Origin: an uncultured Verrucomicrobiota bacterium
Lineage (GTDB): Bacteria; Verrucomicrobiota; Verrucomicrobiia; Limisphaerales; JAOAIM01
Assembly (NCBI GenBank): GCA_964465445.1
Contig: CAYXJB010000001.1
Location: forward strand, 1-52,156
Direction of reading: 5' to 3'
Length of the DNA stretch: 52,156 bases
A model generated the notes under the pieces. That model worked only from the letters and a program-made list of their open reading frames with translations. It made no database searches and was not told where the DNA came from. Below, one piece after another: positions 1 to 7,911 of this stretch (position 1 is the first letter of the stretch; every line of letters starts with the position of its first letter). The translations under genes were made by a program, and so were the position numbers.

Positions 1-199
1 TCAGCGAGGGGGGCGGTCGCAAGGCGGCGCGCAACCGCGTGCTTAACCGCGCGTCCAATGCCTGTTCTAGCGCGAACCATCGCGCCAGTTCGGGGTTGTG
101 CTGCATAAGGTCCAGGGCCTCCCGGAAGCGCGGGTCGGCGGCGTCCTCGCCGCCGGGGCGATACGCCTGCAAAATGAACTGGGCTTCCTGACGATTCAT
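1..199 (-). CDS. putative anti-sigma factor, N-terminal part (gene runs off the window start)
   Basis: ATG (rc) at 197-199, 4 nt after the ECF sigma stop. My translation is MNRQEAQFILQAYRPGGEDAADPRFREALDLMQHNPELARWFALEQALDARL..., open to position 1. The call rests mainly on its position downstream of an ECF sigma gene. Confidence 0.45.
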   Translation of the reverse strand, partial: MNRQEAQFILQAYRPGGEDAADPRFREALDLMQHNPELARWFALEQALDARLSTRLRAALRPPPSL

Positions 200-203
200 A
201 TGG

Positions 204-758
204 TTACACGGGGTTTTGCCGTTGCCGCGGGACCGGGACGACGTTGGTGCCCGGCTGTTCGGCCCGCAGTCGGCCCGCCAACCGATGTCGCAACTGCGCC
301 TTGGCCCGCGACAGTCGCGACATGACCGTCCCAACCGGCACCTCGAGCAGGTCGGCGATTTCCTCGTAACTGTGGCCGTTGAGATAAAAGAGAACCAGCG
401 GCGCGCGGTAATGTTCCTCCAGCTCCAACAGCGCGCTGCGCAGCGCCTCGTCGGCCAGGTGGTCAATGTCTTCCGGCGCGATCACGGGCAGTTCGTGTTC
501 GACCTCGGCCAGTTCGAAGTGCGGAAAACGCGCGCGTCGTTCCTGCCAGCCCAAGAAAACCCGGTACAGGGTGGTGAACAGCCACGAACGCACCCGGGCC
601 GGGTCGCGCAGCCGGGCGCCGTGTGTGAGCAGCCGGCAATAAGCCTCCTGCGTCAGCTCGCAGGCATCCGATTCGTTGCCCGCCAGGCTGTAGGCGAAGG
701 CGTAGAGCGCCTTGTAATGAGCTGCCACGGCCTGCTCGTAATCCGCTTCGTTCACCAT
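204..758 (-). CDS. ECF-type RNA polymerase sigma-70 family factor
   Basis: ORF 204..827. Region 2 (TQEAYCRLL...RSWLFTTLYRVF) and region 4 HTH (YEEIADLLEVPVGTVMSRLSRAKAQLR) are recognisable. Start moved to the internal ATG at 756-758 (MVNEADYEQ...). Confidence 0.9.
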   Translation of the reverse strand: MVNEADYEQAVAAHYKALYAFAYSLAGNESDACELTQEAYCRLLTHGARLRDPARVRSWLFTTLYRVFLGWQERRARFPHFELAEVEHELPVIAPEDIDHLADEALRSALLELEEHYRAPLVLFYLNGHSYEEIADLLEVPVGTVMSRLSRAKAQLRHRLAGRLRAEQPGTNVVPVPRQRQNPV

Positions 759-881
759 GAATACGAAAGATGGCTGTCGGGCTTTATTCCAGCAACATCG
801 CCATGGCCGTCTCCGTCCGTGGGGCAAACGAGAACCAGATTTCGCAGAGCGATGGGCGATGAGATTTTGGTCGGTTCGGCT

Positions 882-2240
882 TCACGGATTTGCTCTGACA
901 TTCGCCGCGATGGTGGAGCTTTGCGATGCTTCTAGGATCATCGCCTCGAACACCGGCAGGGTGCGGGCACCAATGAAGCGACGGCGGACATTGCCTTGGG
1001 CATCCACAATGACGGTCGTGGGCAACTCGCCGCCGTTGAATCGCCCGCCGACCTGGTTGTGTTCGTCCAAAAGAATCGGGTAGTTGATCCCTCGAGTTTT
1101 GACGGTGTGAGCAACCTTTTCGCGAACTCGCCCCAATGCGGCGGCAGTCACTTCATGATCGCCATGTGTGCGCTCGCCCTGCGCCTGTTCCTCCGTGGCG
1201 GCGTGTCCGCCGAGGTGGCCGTGCTCGTCGGGGACAAAATCCAGCGACACGCCCAGGATCGCGATGCGGTCCTGATACTTTCGCTGCAACGCCACCAGCG
1301 CAGCCATCTCGCCCACGCAGGCTGGACACCAGGTTGTCCAGAAATTCATGAGCACTACCTTGCCGCGAAAGTCCGAGAGCCGGACGCGCTTGCCTTCCAA
1401 GGTGCGGAGTTCAAAGTCCGCCGCCGGAACGGGCCTGCGCGCGGCGCATGCGGCAGCGGGAACTTCAAGTTTGACGGGTGGAAACTCGTTTTGATGTTCG
1501 GCCCACCACGCTCTGGCGCGCTCCGCGCCCGCCCTTGCCTTTTGGTGGCTGCCGTCGGGATATTTCTTCAACCCGGTCTTCTCGTCCTCGAATGCGGCGG
1601 TCTCGCTCAGTTTGACGCCGAACTCCTGGCCGCTCCATCGTTCGAGCAACTTCAAACTTAGCGTGACGATGAACGGATCAGGATCGTCGAGCAGCGGAAT
1701 CACGGTCGGCACGCCAATGGCGGGGCTGAGATATTTCAACTGATTCAAACCGAGGACGCGCACCTGTGGGTCCAAATCGCGAAGCTGCTCTGCCGCCAGC
1801 GCCGGCAGTGCCGGATGGTTGCGCGCCTGGAGGATCCCCAGCGCTGCCTCGCGCACGTTCATGTCCGGATCGAGCGCTGCCGAAAGAAGAAGGGATTCGA
1901 ACTCCGGCGGCAGCGGTTCGTCTGCGGGGATCACGCGCGAGAAGCTCCGAATCGCCACCTCGCGATGCACGATTTTCCCCGAGTTCCACGCCGCCAGCAA
2001 TGCTGCGCGCGGGTCGGCGGCTTGCTCGATCATGCTTTCCACAACCTCGATCGCAGGGGCGTCATTGGCGAGCGCAGCACCCTGCCGGATTTTGTCCTGC
2101 AACGGCGCGCGGAACAGCCAGACCCCGGCCACGATGACCGCGCCCATAATCAGGAGCAATGCGCGGGGCCGCTTTGTCGTGCACGAGGCGGAGTTCGGCC
2201 CGCAATGACAACTACATCCCTTTAATTCGGAAGAATTCAT
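882..2240 (-). CDS. membrane-anchored HEAT-repeat / TlpA-family thiol-disulfide oxidoreductase fusion
   Basis: ORF 882..2315 begins at a TTG; the ATG at 2238-2240 (MNSSELKG...) is preferred. It has a TM anchor (RALLLIMGAVIVAGVWLF), HEAT-like repeats (DPDMNVREAALGIL, DLDPQVRVLGLNQL) and a C-terminal redoxin domain (FRGKVVLMNFWTTWCPACVGEM ... GELPTTVIVDAQGNV) with a His-rich insertion. Confidence 0.85.
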   Translation of the reverse strand: MNSSELKGCSCHCGPNSASCTTKRPRALLLIMGAVIVAGVWLFRAPLQDKIRQGAALANDAPAIEVVESMIEQAADPRAALLAAWNSGKIVHREVAIRSFSRVIPADEPLPPEFESLLLSAALDPDMNVREAALGILQARNHPALPALAAEQLRDLDPQVRVLGLNQLKYLSPAIGVPTVIPLLDDPDPFIVTLSLKLLERWSGQEFGVKLSETAAFEDEKTGLKKYPDGSHQKARAGAERARAWWAEHQNEFPPVKLEVPAAACAARRPVPAADFELRTLEGKRVRLSDFRGKVVLMNFWTTWCPACVGEMAALVALQRKYQDRIAILGVSLDFVPDEHGHLGGHAATEEQAQGERTHGDHEVTAAALGRVREKVAHTVKTRGINYPILLDEHNQVGGRFNGGELPTTVIVDAQGNVRRRFIGARTLPVFEAMILEASQSSTIAANVRANP

Positions 2241-2976
2241 TTGTGTTGGTGGATTTCGGGATGGTGATTTGGAACTGGTTCGACCCGTTACTTGTGACGG
2301 TCGGGTTGGACTCAATCCACGCTAAATCGGGTGACAGGCTCGGGCGGGATTCCAAGCGGTGAGCGACGGACGGCAGCGGCGACGAGAATTCCAGGACAAA
2401 CGCCGAGCCGGTGTCGGTGAAGCGGAGAATCTGGATTCGCACCGGGCTGAAGCTGCCGAAATTGGGCGTTCCACTGAACCAGTTGGTGGTACGCGTGGCT
2501 TCGAGGCTCAGCGGTTGCAACGATTGGCCGGCCGCCGGCGCGGGCACGAATGCGCTCGCGCTGGGCCACAACCCCACGCTCGCCGCCAGCGCAGTACGGC
2601 CGACGTTGGCCGCCGGGCCGTATTTCATCCCGGTGATGATGGAAGCGGCGGAGCCGAAATTGCCGTCGCGATACAGCCAGATGTCGCTGTCGGTTGCGTT
2701 CAGTCCGGCCACGACGAACACTTTCGATTCGCCCGGTCCGAATGTGGTGTTGGCTGGAATCGCTGTGAAGTAATTGAAGCGATGGCAGAACGGCAGGCTG
2801 GAAGTCGTCGTGAATGGCGTCGCGCCGATATGCGTGACCTCGACCTGCCCGGTGGCGGGATTCACCTCGGTGATGCGCAGGTCGTTGACGCCGGCCCGGA
2901 TGGCGGCGGGAAACGGGGCCGCCAGCATCAGCGCGAAGGTGCCGCGAAGCACGCGGATTGCGAGGAGTCGTTTCAT
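2212..2976 (-). CDS. secreted lamin-tail-domain-like protein with C-terminal FFRI-type beta domain
   Basis: The real start MKRLLAIRV... (ATG rc 2974-2976) overlaps the upstream TGA (ATGA coupling). It has a signal peptide and an LRITEVNPATGQVEV...GPGESKVFVV motif that is LTD-like. The C-terminus reads ...NEFFRIKGM. Confidence 0.7.
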   Translation of the reverse strand: MKRLLAIRVLRGTFALMLAAPFPAAIRAGVNDLRITEVNPATGQVEVTHIGATPFTTTSSLPFCHRFNYFTAIPANTTFGPGESKVFVVAGLNATDSDIWLYRDGNFGSAASIITGMKYGPAANVGRTALAASVGLWPSASAFVPAPAAGQSLQPLSLEATRTTNWFSGTPNFGSFSPVRIQILRFTDTGSAFVLEFSSPLPSVAHRLESRPSLSPDLAWIESNPTVTSNGSNQFQITIPKSTNTNEFFRIKGM

Positions 2977-4004
2977 TTTGGCTGCCACAATTCGGTGTGC
3001 GGATAGAACGCCTGCCAGGCGAACCAATAGACCTTCACTGATGGAACGAGTTCGCCGCTGTCGGCTCGCCTGACCTCCACCCATTGGGAAACGGAGTGGA
3101 AGGTGATTTCCAGAGCGGCAGAACTGATCTGGTCGCGCACCGGTTGATCGGGCGGCAGCCGGTTCAACGGATACGCTCGTGGTTTGCCATCCACAAGCAC
3201 GCCGACGATCCATTCTTTTTTGGGCAACTCGGTTCGGTGGATCGGCACTGGAAACATCGTTCCCGGGCTTTGCGCGTAAGCGGCATAGGGCGTGGCGGCG
3301 TAGTTCCGGGAAAAACCCGTGTGCGTCGAGAGCACTTCGCCGTCCGGATACTTCTTTTTCCACGCCGCCCAGGTCAGATGTTCGCTGGGCAGCCATTGCA
3401 ACTCCGTGTTCACCAGCGGGCCGGAGATCGCCTTCGTTCCCAGTTGCGACCACAGCGATTCGGTCTGCCGGTCATACATCAGCACGTCGCTGTGGTACAG
3501 CAGGCCCGATACGCCAAAGGAAAGGGTGTGCGAGCCGACCCGACGATCGAACACCATCGCCGTGCCGCACAACGGACAATACGTCACGGCGATGGGTTGA
3601 CCGCCAAGCTCGTCATTCACGATCTCGTGCCACACCAGAATCCGCAGTGGATAGGCGCGCGTTTTGTGGCCGATCGTTATGCTGACGACCAGGTCATCCG
3701 GTAGCATGAAGTTCGCAGCGTTCGGGCGGACAAACTTGGGTCTGTCAATCGAGGGAATGCCATCGCGTCCCGGCCCGCCGGAAAGAATCTCGCTCGTCGG
3801 AATGGTGGCGTTGGATACGTTGAAGCCGTTGAACGAACCGCGTTGCGGTGCAGCCTCGACAGATTCCGTTGCGAGGCCGGCACCCGCGACCAGCATGGCC
3901 ACGCCGGAACGGATGGGATCGCGAAAGAGCCACGCCGTGGCAGTGCGGGCGAGCAGGGGCAGGAATAGTTTGGCGCGAAAGCGCGAGGGCGATGAGTGTT
4001 TCAT
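2973..4004 (-). CDS. DUF3179 domain-containing protein (secreted)
   Basis: 343-aa ORF starting at an ATG. GGPGRDGIPSIDRPKF, AVTYCPLCGTAMVFDR and SGLLYHSDVLMYDRQTESLWSQ match my recollection of the DUF3179 family. Confidence 0.85.
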   Translation of the reverse strand: MKHSSPSRFRAKLFLPLLARTATAWLFRDPIRSGVAMLVAGAGLATESVEAAPQRGSFNGFNVSNATIPTSEILSGGPGRDGIPSIDRPKFVRPNAANFMLPDDLVVSITIGHKTRAYPLRILVWHEIVNDELGGQPIAVTYCPLCGTAMVFDRRVGSHTLSFGVSGLLYHSDVLMYDRQTESLWSQLGTKAISGPLVNTELQWLPSEHLTWAAWKKKYPDGEVLSTHTGFSRNYAATPYAAYAQSPGTMFPVPIHRTELPKKEWIVGVLVDGKPRAYPLNRLPPDQPVRDQISSAALEITFHSVSQWVEVRRADSGELVPSVKVYWFAWQAFYPHTELWQPK

Positions 4005-4014
4005 GTGTTTGTTT

Positions 4015-4159
4015 TGCTGTGGCGTCAGGCATCCTGCCGCCCGGAATCAGTTTTCGTTTGTCCCGCGATTCTCATTTTCATGCGTCTCTCGGTTAGCGTC
4101 GTTGTTCTGCCGGGCTGGGACGCCCGGCTCTACGGCAGGCAAGGATGCCCGCCGCTACA
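4015..4159. repeat. MITE/REP-like palindromic element, copy 1
   Basis: The left arm ggcatcctgccgcccggaa (4028-4046) is the exact reverse complement of 5190-5208. The right arm ctctacggcaggcaaggatgcccgccgctac (4128-4158) matches 5213-5243. The two arms are inverted relative to each other around a ~64-nt spacer. Confidence 0.6.
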
Positions 4160-4448
4160 ACAGTGGTCTGATGTCCGCCTCGAATTCCACCCTCGGTCCG
4201 TAGCCGACGTGCTCGCCGACAATGTTGCCGGCGCAATCAATGATGAACGTGGTCGGGATGCCCTCGATGCCGCCAAAGGCGCTCACAACGGCTTCGGCGC
4301 CGGCTTCGGACGCCCTGCGCGCCGCCAGCACCAGCAAGAGAGCAGTCGCTGCAACGACCAGTCCGGTGAAAAGGATCGGGTTGTTCTTTATCACAATGCG
4401 TTCGCGCAGATGAGAGCGATCAAGTCTGGCGTTTATTCCGTCAGCCAC
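4155..4448 (-). pseudogene. internally deleted TlpA/redoxin-like remnant
   Basis: The 97-aa ORF has an N-terminal TM helix (ILFTGLVVAATALLLVLAA) joined directly to a thioredoxin-fold C-terminal end (FGGIEGIPTTFIIDCAGNIVGEHVG). No CXXC core is present. The stop codon lies inside repeat copy 1. Confidence 0.4.
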
Positions 4449-4782
4449 CGGGCGAGACGGGCAACTTCACCCGCCCTCCGGAACATCGCCTTGTGAACGA
4501 CGCGCCGGAACGCAGCCTGCGAAACGCGAGCTTGCCCCGGTTGCGGCGAGGGACATGCAGAATGAAAACCATCCGCTTGGATTCGCGCAGGAATTGAACT
4601 GGGATGGGAAGTGGCATCTCCGTTCTGACAAACGGGACTGCACACTTATTCCGCTGGCCGAAAGGTCGTCCACGCTGATTCCGGGAATATCGCCGCGCGC
4701 TCGTAGTTCACACCCATCGAACAACCGGAAGCGCCGCCGCGATGGGCGGGCGCCGACGGTTCGACACGACCCAATAAAACGC

Positions 4783-5070
4783 ATGAAACACATCAAAAGC
4801 ATCCCTGGTTTGATCATCGGCGCGGCAGTGACGGTCGGTTTGTGCGGCTGTCAATCTGGCAGCGACAACGGCGGTGGCGGCGGCGGCGGTTCAGGCTCGA
4901 AGTCGAGCAGCTATGAACAGCCAGTGGCCAACTCGCAATTGTTCGCGCAGTCCGGCACGAAACCCAGCAATCCGCCGAAGGGTTCAGGCTCGAAAACCAA
5001 TGGGCCCTCCGGTGGCTCTGGCTCGAAGACCAACGCCCCCTCGGGCGGCTCGGGCCCGAAGAAGGCGTGA
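4783..5070 (+). CDS. small Gly/Ser-rich lipoprotein (hypothetical)
   Basis: Internal ATG at 4783. MKHIKSIPGLIIGAAVTVGLCGCQSG is a signal peptide plus lipobox-like LCGC, followed by poly-Gly and GSGSKTNxPSGG repeats. Confidence 0.6.
   Translation: MKHIKSIPGLIIGAAVTVGLCGCQSGSDNGGGGGGGSGSKSSSYEQPVANSQLFAQSGTKPSNPPKGSGSKTNGPSGGSGSKTNAPSGGSGPKKA
4981..5067 (+). repeat. 33-nt tandem repeat (about 2.7 copies) inside the lipoprotein gene
   Basis: ggttcaggctcgaaaaccaatgggccctccggt (4981-5013) / ggctctggctcgaagaccaacgccccctcgggc (5014-5046) / partial copy ggctcgggcccgaagaag. Confidence 0.7.
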
Positions 5071-5077
5071 CATGGTC

Positions 5078-5243
5078 GGGGGGCGGGCATCCTGCCTGCC
5101 GTAAAGTTGGGGCTTCCAGCCCGGCGGAAATGACCTGCGCAAATCAAGTTGTCCCGGAGTGATCGAGCGTTGTTGCGCATTGGGAGTCGTTCCGGGCGGC
5201 AGGATGCCGCCCTCTACGGCAGGCCGGGAGGCCCGCCGCTACC
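5078..5243. repeat. MITE/REP-like palindromic element, copy 2
   Basis: The ends ggcgggcatcctgcctgccgta (5082-5103) and tacggcaggccgggaggcccgcc (5216-5238) are imperfect terminal inverted repeats. The element is collinear with copy 1, including spacer motifs (gttgtcccg, agcgttgttg). Confidence 0.6.
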
Positions 5244-5261
5244 CCGGCGACTGAACCGCAT

Positions 5262-7517
5262 GTGTTCGTGACGGACATTTCTCCGATGCCTGCCAGCTCG
5301 TGCGGCCAACCAGCATGGCTGATAACGCTCGGAATCGCGCAGTTGTTTCTGTGGATCGGCGTGGCGGTGGCGGCGGAGGGATTCGACCCCGGCGGCGATT
5401 TTGGACAACGCCCATTCGCCCTGGTGGCCGGACTCTTCGCCGCCGGTTTTCTGCTCTATCTTCTGAGCCTGGCGCTGGTCTGGAAAGCGCCGGACCATCA
5501 AGTGACCGCCCGTCAGCAATGGCGGGCGGTCTTAATTTTCGCCGTGCTGTTTCGGCTGGCGCTTTGGTGGTCGCAACCGATTCTGGAACTCGATCTCTAC
5601 CGCTACCTCTGGGACGGGCGCGTGCTTGCGGCGGGCATCAATCCTTACCGCTACTCGCCCACCCAGGTGGAGTCGGCCCGTGATGGTGAACCTGCAACGC
5701 CCGAACTCGCGACGCTCACCGGCGTGCTGCGCCGCTCACCCGAAGTCGCAAAGATTTTCTCGCTCGTTGACCATCGCAGCGTGCCGACGATCTATCCGCC
5801 GTTGAGCGAAGCGGTGTTCGCCGCGACCGCGCTCATCACGCCCGAACGCGCACCGGTGCGAGTGCAAGTGGGCGTGTTCAAAGGAGTGCTGTTGCTGTTC
5901 GATTTCGCGACGGGTCTGCTGGTGATGGGGTTGTTGCGAAACCTCAACCAACCGCCCGCGCGAGCGTTGGCCTATGCTTGGTGTCCGCTCGTCCTGAAAG
6001 AATTCGCGAACACGGGACATCTCGATGCAATCGCTGTGTGTCTCACCGCAGCCGTGTTCTGGCTGCTGACGTTGCCGCGTCGCGCAGACCAGCACGCTCG
6101 CGCAACAAGCTGGCGCGACTGGTTGGCCGCGGGTCTGTGGGGCGGCGCGGTGCTGGCCAAATTGTATCCCATTGTGCTTGCGCCAGTGCTGCTTGCGTTC
6201 TGGTGGCGGCGAGTGCGTTGGCGCACGGGTGGACTGTTCGCGTCGGTCGCGCTCGTTGTGCTCGGCGGCTACGCCTTGTTGCCGCCAGTTTCCAACGCAC
6301 CGAAAGCAGATGCGGTCGTGACAGCGGAACATTCGAGCTTCTCCGGCCTGGGTGAATTCTTCCGCCGTTGGGAAATGAACGATCTGCTGTTCTCGGTCGT
6401 GTATGAGAACGTCCGTCTGCGTTCCAAAGAACATTCCGGCCAAGAACCGTGGTATTCGATCGTGCCTGGCGCGGCACGGGCGCAATTGAATCTAGCGCTG
6501 GCGAAGAGCGTTTCGCTGTCGGGCCTGGATGTGCCCACGAATCGGCTCGCGTTTCTTTTCACGCAAGCGTTGGCAGCAGCGACGCTTTTCGTTTTAGCGG
6601 GCGCGCTAGCGTTGCGTCGCTGGTCAGACGATCCGCGCGAAGGGTTGCTTCAACGCGCGTTTCTTTGTCTGGCGGGGCTGTGGTTTTTGAGCGCGACACA
6701 GAATCCATGGTATTGGACATGGGCGCTCCCGCTGGTGGTCTTTGTTTCGCCCGCGTGGCTGCTCGTGTCGGGTTTCGCGCTGATTTACTACCTGCGCTTC
6801 TGGTTCGTTCACCTGTTTCCGGACGCGACCCTGCCGGGCGGACTTACGGGAATGAGGTTCTTCGACGAAGTCGTCGTGTGGATCGAATACATCCCGCCGC
6901 TGCTCGCGGTGTTGCTGGCTTTCTGCTTGATGCGGAAACGCGTTCGGGCCTGCGTGCCGGGAAGTTCGATTACGTCTCCACCCGCGCAGCCCGGTAACGT
7001 GATCGTGGTCATTCCGGCGTTGAACGAGGAGGCGAGTTTGCCGCAGGTCATCGAACGATTGCGCCGCGTGGGCTTGCATCGCATTCGCGTGGTGGACAAC
7101 GGCAGCCGTGACCGCACTGCCGAGGTGGCGCGACGATGCGGGGCGGAAGTGATTGCCGAACCGCGGCGCGGCTACGGTCAGGCGTGCTGGACGGGCTGCC
7201 AAAACCTTCCGCCAGACGTGGAGTGGATTTTGTTTTGCAACGCGGACGGCAGCGAGGATGTCGAGCGTGTACCGGAACTCATTCAGGCAGCCGACGAAAA
7301 CGCGGACCTCGTTCTCGGCGTCCGCACGACAGATTCCACGGGGCGGGACAATCTGACTTTTGCGCAGCGTTTCGGAAACAAGCTGGCAACTTTCCTGATT
7401 CGCCTGCTGTGGTCGGCAAAGTATGCCGACCTCGGCCCGTTGCGGTTGATTTCGCGACGGGCATTCGAGCGATTGACCATGCAAGATCGAGGTTTCGGCT
7501 GGACGGTGGAAATGTAA
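5262..7517 (+). CDS. fusion glycosyltransferase: N-terminal polytopic GT-C/DUF2029-like domain plus C-terminal GT2 (polyprenol-phosphate sugar synthase-like) domain, ended by an in-frame TAA
   Basis: GTG start. About 550 aa of TM-rich sequence carries DLYRYLWDGRVLAAGINPYRY. The GT2 signature follows: VIVVIPALNEEASLPQVI...VVDNGSRDRT...NADGSEDV...LVLGVR...GFGWTVEM. Confidence 0.85.
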   Translation: MFVTDISPMPASSCGQPAWLITLGIAQLFLWIGVAVAAEGFDPGGDFGQRPFALVAGLFAAGFLLYLLSLALVWKAPDHQVTARQQWRAVLIFAVLFRLALWWSQPILELDLYRYLWDGRVLAAGINPYRYSPTQVESARDGEPATPELATLTGVLRRSPEVAKIFSLVDHRSVPTIYPPLSEAVFAATALITPERAPVRVQVGVFKGVLLLFDFATGLLVMGLLRNLNQPPARALAYAWCPLVLKEFANTGHLDAIAVCLTAAVFWLLTLPRRADQHARATSWRDWLAAGLWGGAVLAKLYPIVLAPVLLAFWWRRVRWRTGGLFASVALVVLGGYALLPPVSNAPKADAVVTAEHSSFSGLGEFFRRWEMNDLLFSVVYENVRLRSKEHSGQEPWYSIVPGAARAQLNLALAKSVSLSGLDVPTNRLAFLFTQALAAATLFVLAGALALRRWSDDPREGLLQRAFLCLAGLWFLSATQNPWYWTWALPLVVFVSPAWLLVSGFALIYYLRFWFVHLFPDATLPGGLTGMRFFDEVVVWIEYIPPLLAVLLAFCLMRKRVRACVPGSSITSPPAQPGNVIVVIPALNEEASLPQVIERLRRVGLHRIRVVDNGSRDRTAEVARRCGAEVIAEPRRGYGQACWTGCQNLPPDVEWILFCNADGSEDVERVPELIQAADENADLVLGVRTTDSTGRDNLTFAQRFGNKLATFLIRLLWSAKYADLGPLRLISRRAFERLTMQDRGFGWTVEM

Positions 7518-7700
7518 ATCCGGGCGGCCGAAGAAGGGCTGAAAATCCGCGAAGTGCCCGTGCGCAACTTCGCCCGAACCGCGGGCGTTTCCAAAATCTC
7601 CGGCACCATCAGGGGAAGCATTCAGGCCGGCACAATCATTTTGTCGACCATCGCTGCGCTGTGGCTGAGGCGAGGCGTGGTTCAGGGCACGCCGACCTGA
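7518..7700 (+). other. in-frame continuation of the GT2 domain after the TAA at 7515-7517
   Basis: In the same frame as 5262..7517, with no intervening stop until the TGA at 7698-7700. It translates to IRAAEEGLKIREVPVRNFARTAGVSKISGTIRGSIQAGTIILSTIAALWLRRG..., which reads as the usual GT2 C-terminal segment. Confidence 0.7.
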
Positions 7701-7826
7701 CTCGCCGCGAGGATGTCCTTCGCCTGCTCATCGCATCCCCGGCGAATCACGGCTGGTCTTTCGCCGGGTTCATCGCCGTGGCTGCGCGCCTTCCGGATCT
7801 TGGCCGGAGTGCCGCTCGACGAACTG

Positions 7827-7873
7827 GCGGGCTTCCGGCCCGCGATACGGCAGACGGACAGCCTGCGCTACAG
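7827..7873 (+). repeat. solo diverged copy of the REP-like unit
   Basis: ggcgggcttccggcccgcgatacggcagacggacagcctgcgctaca resembles the unit (GGGC-loop-GCCC)+TACGGCAGnCnGGAnnCCnGC(C)GCTACA seen at 4111-4159. Confidence 0.4.
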
Positions 7874-7911
7874 AAGAGCCACACCACAGAGGGTCATACT
7901 CCGACAGCGGT

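Noticed and set aside
7515-7517. Possibility that TAA is reassigned to a sense codon in this organism.
   Set aside because: TAA terminates other well-defined genes in the window at the expected protein ends: the ECF sigma at 204-206 and galK at 28973-28975. A local nonsense mutation, a sequence error or readthrough is more parsimonious.
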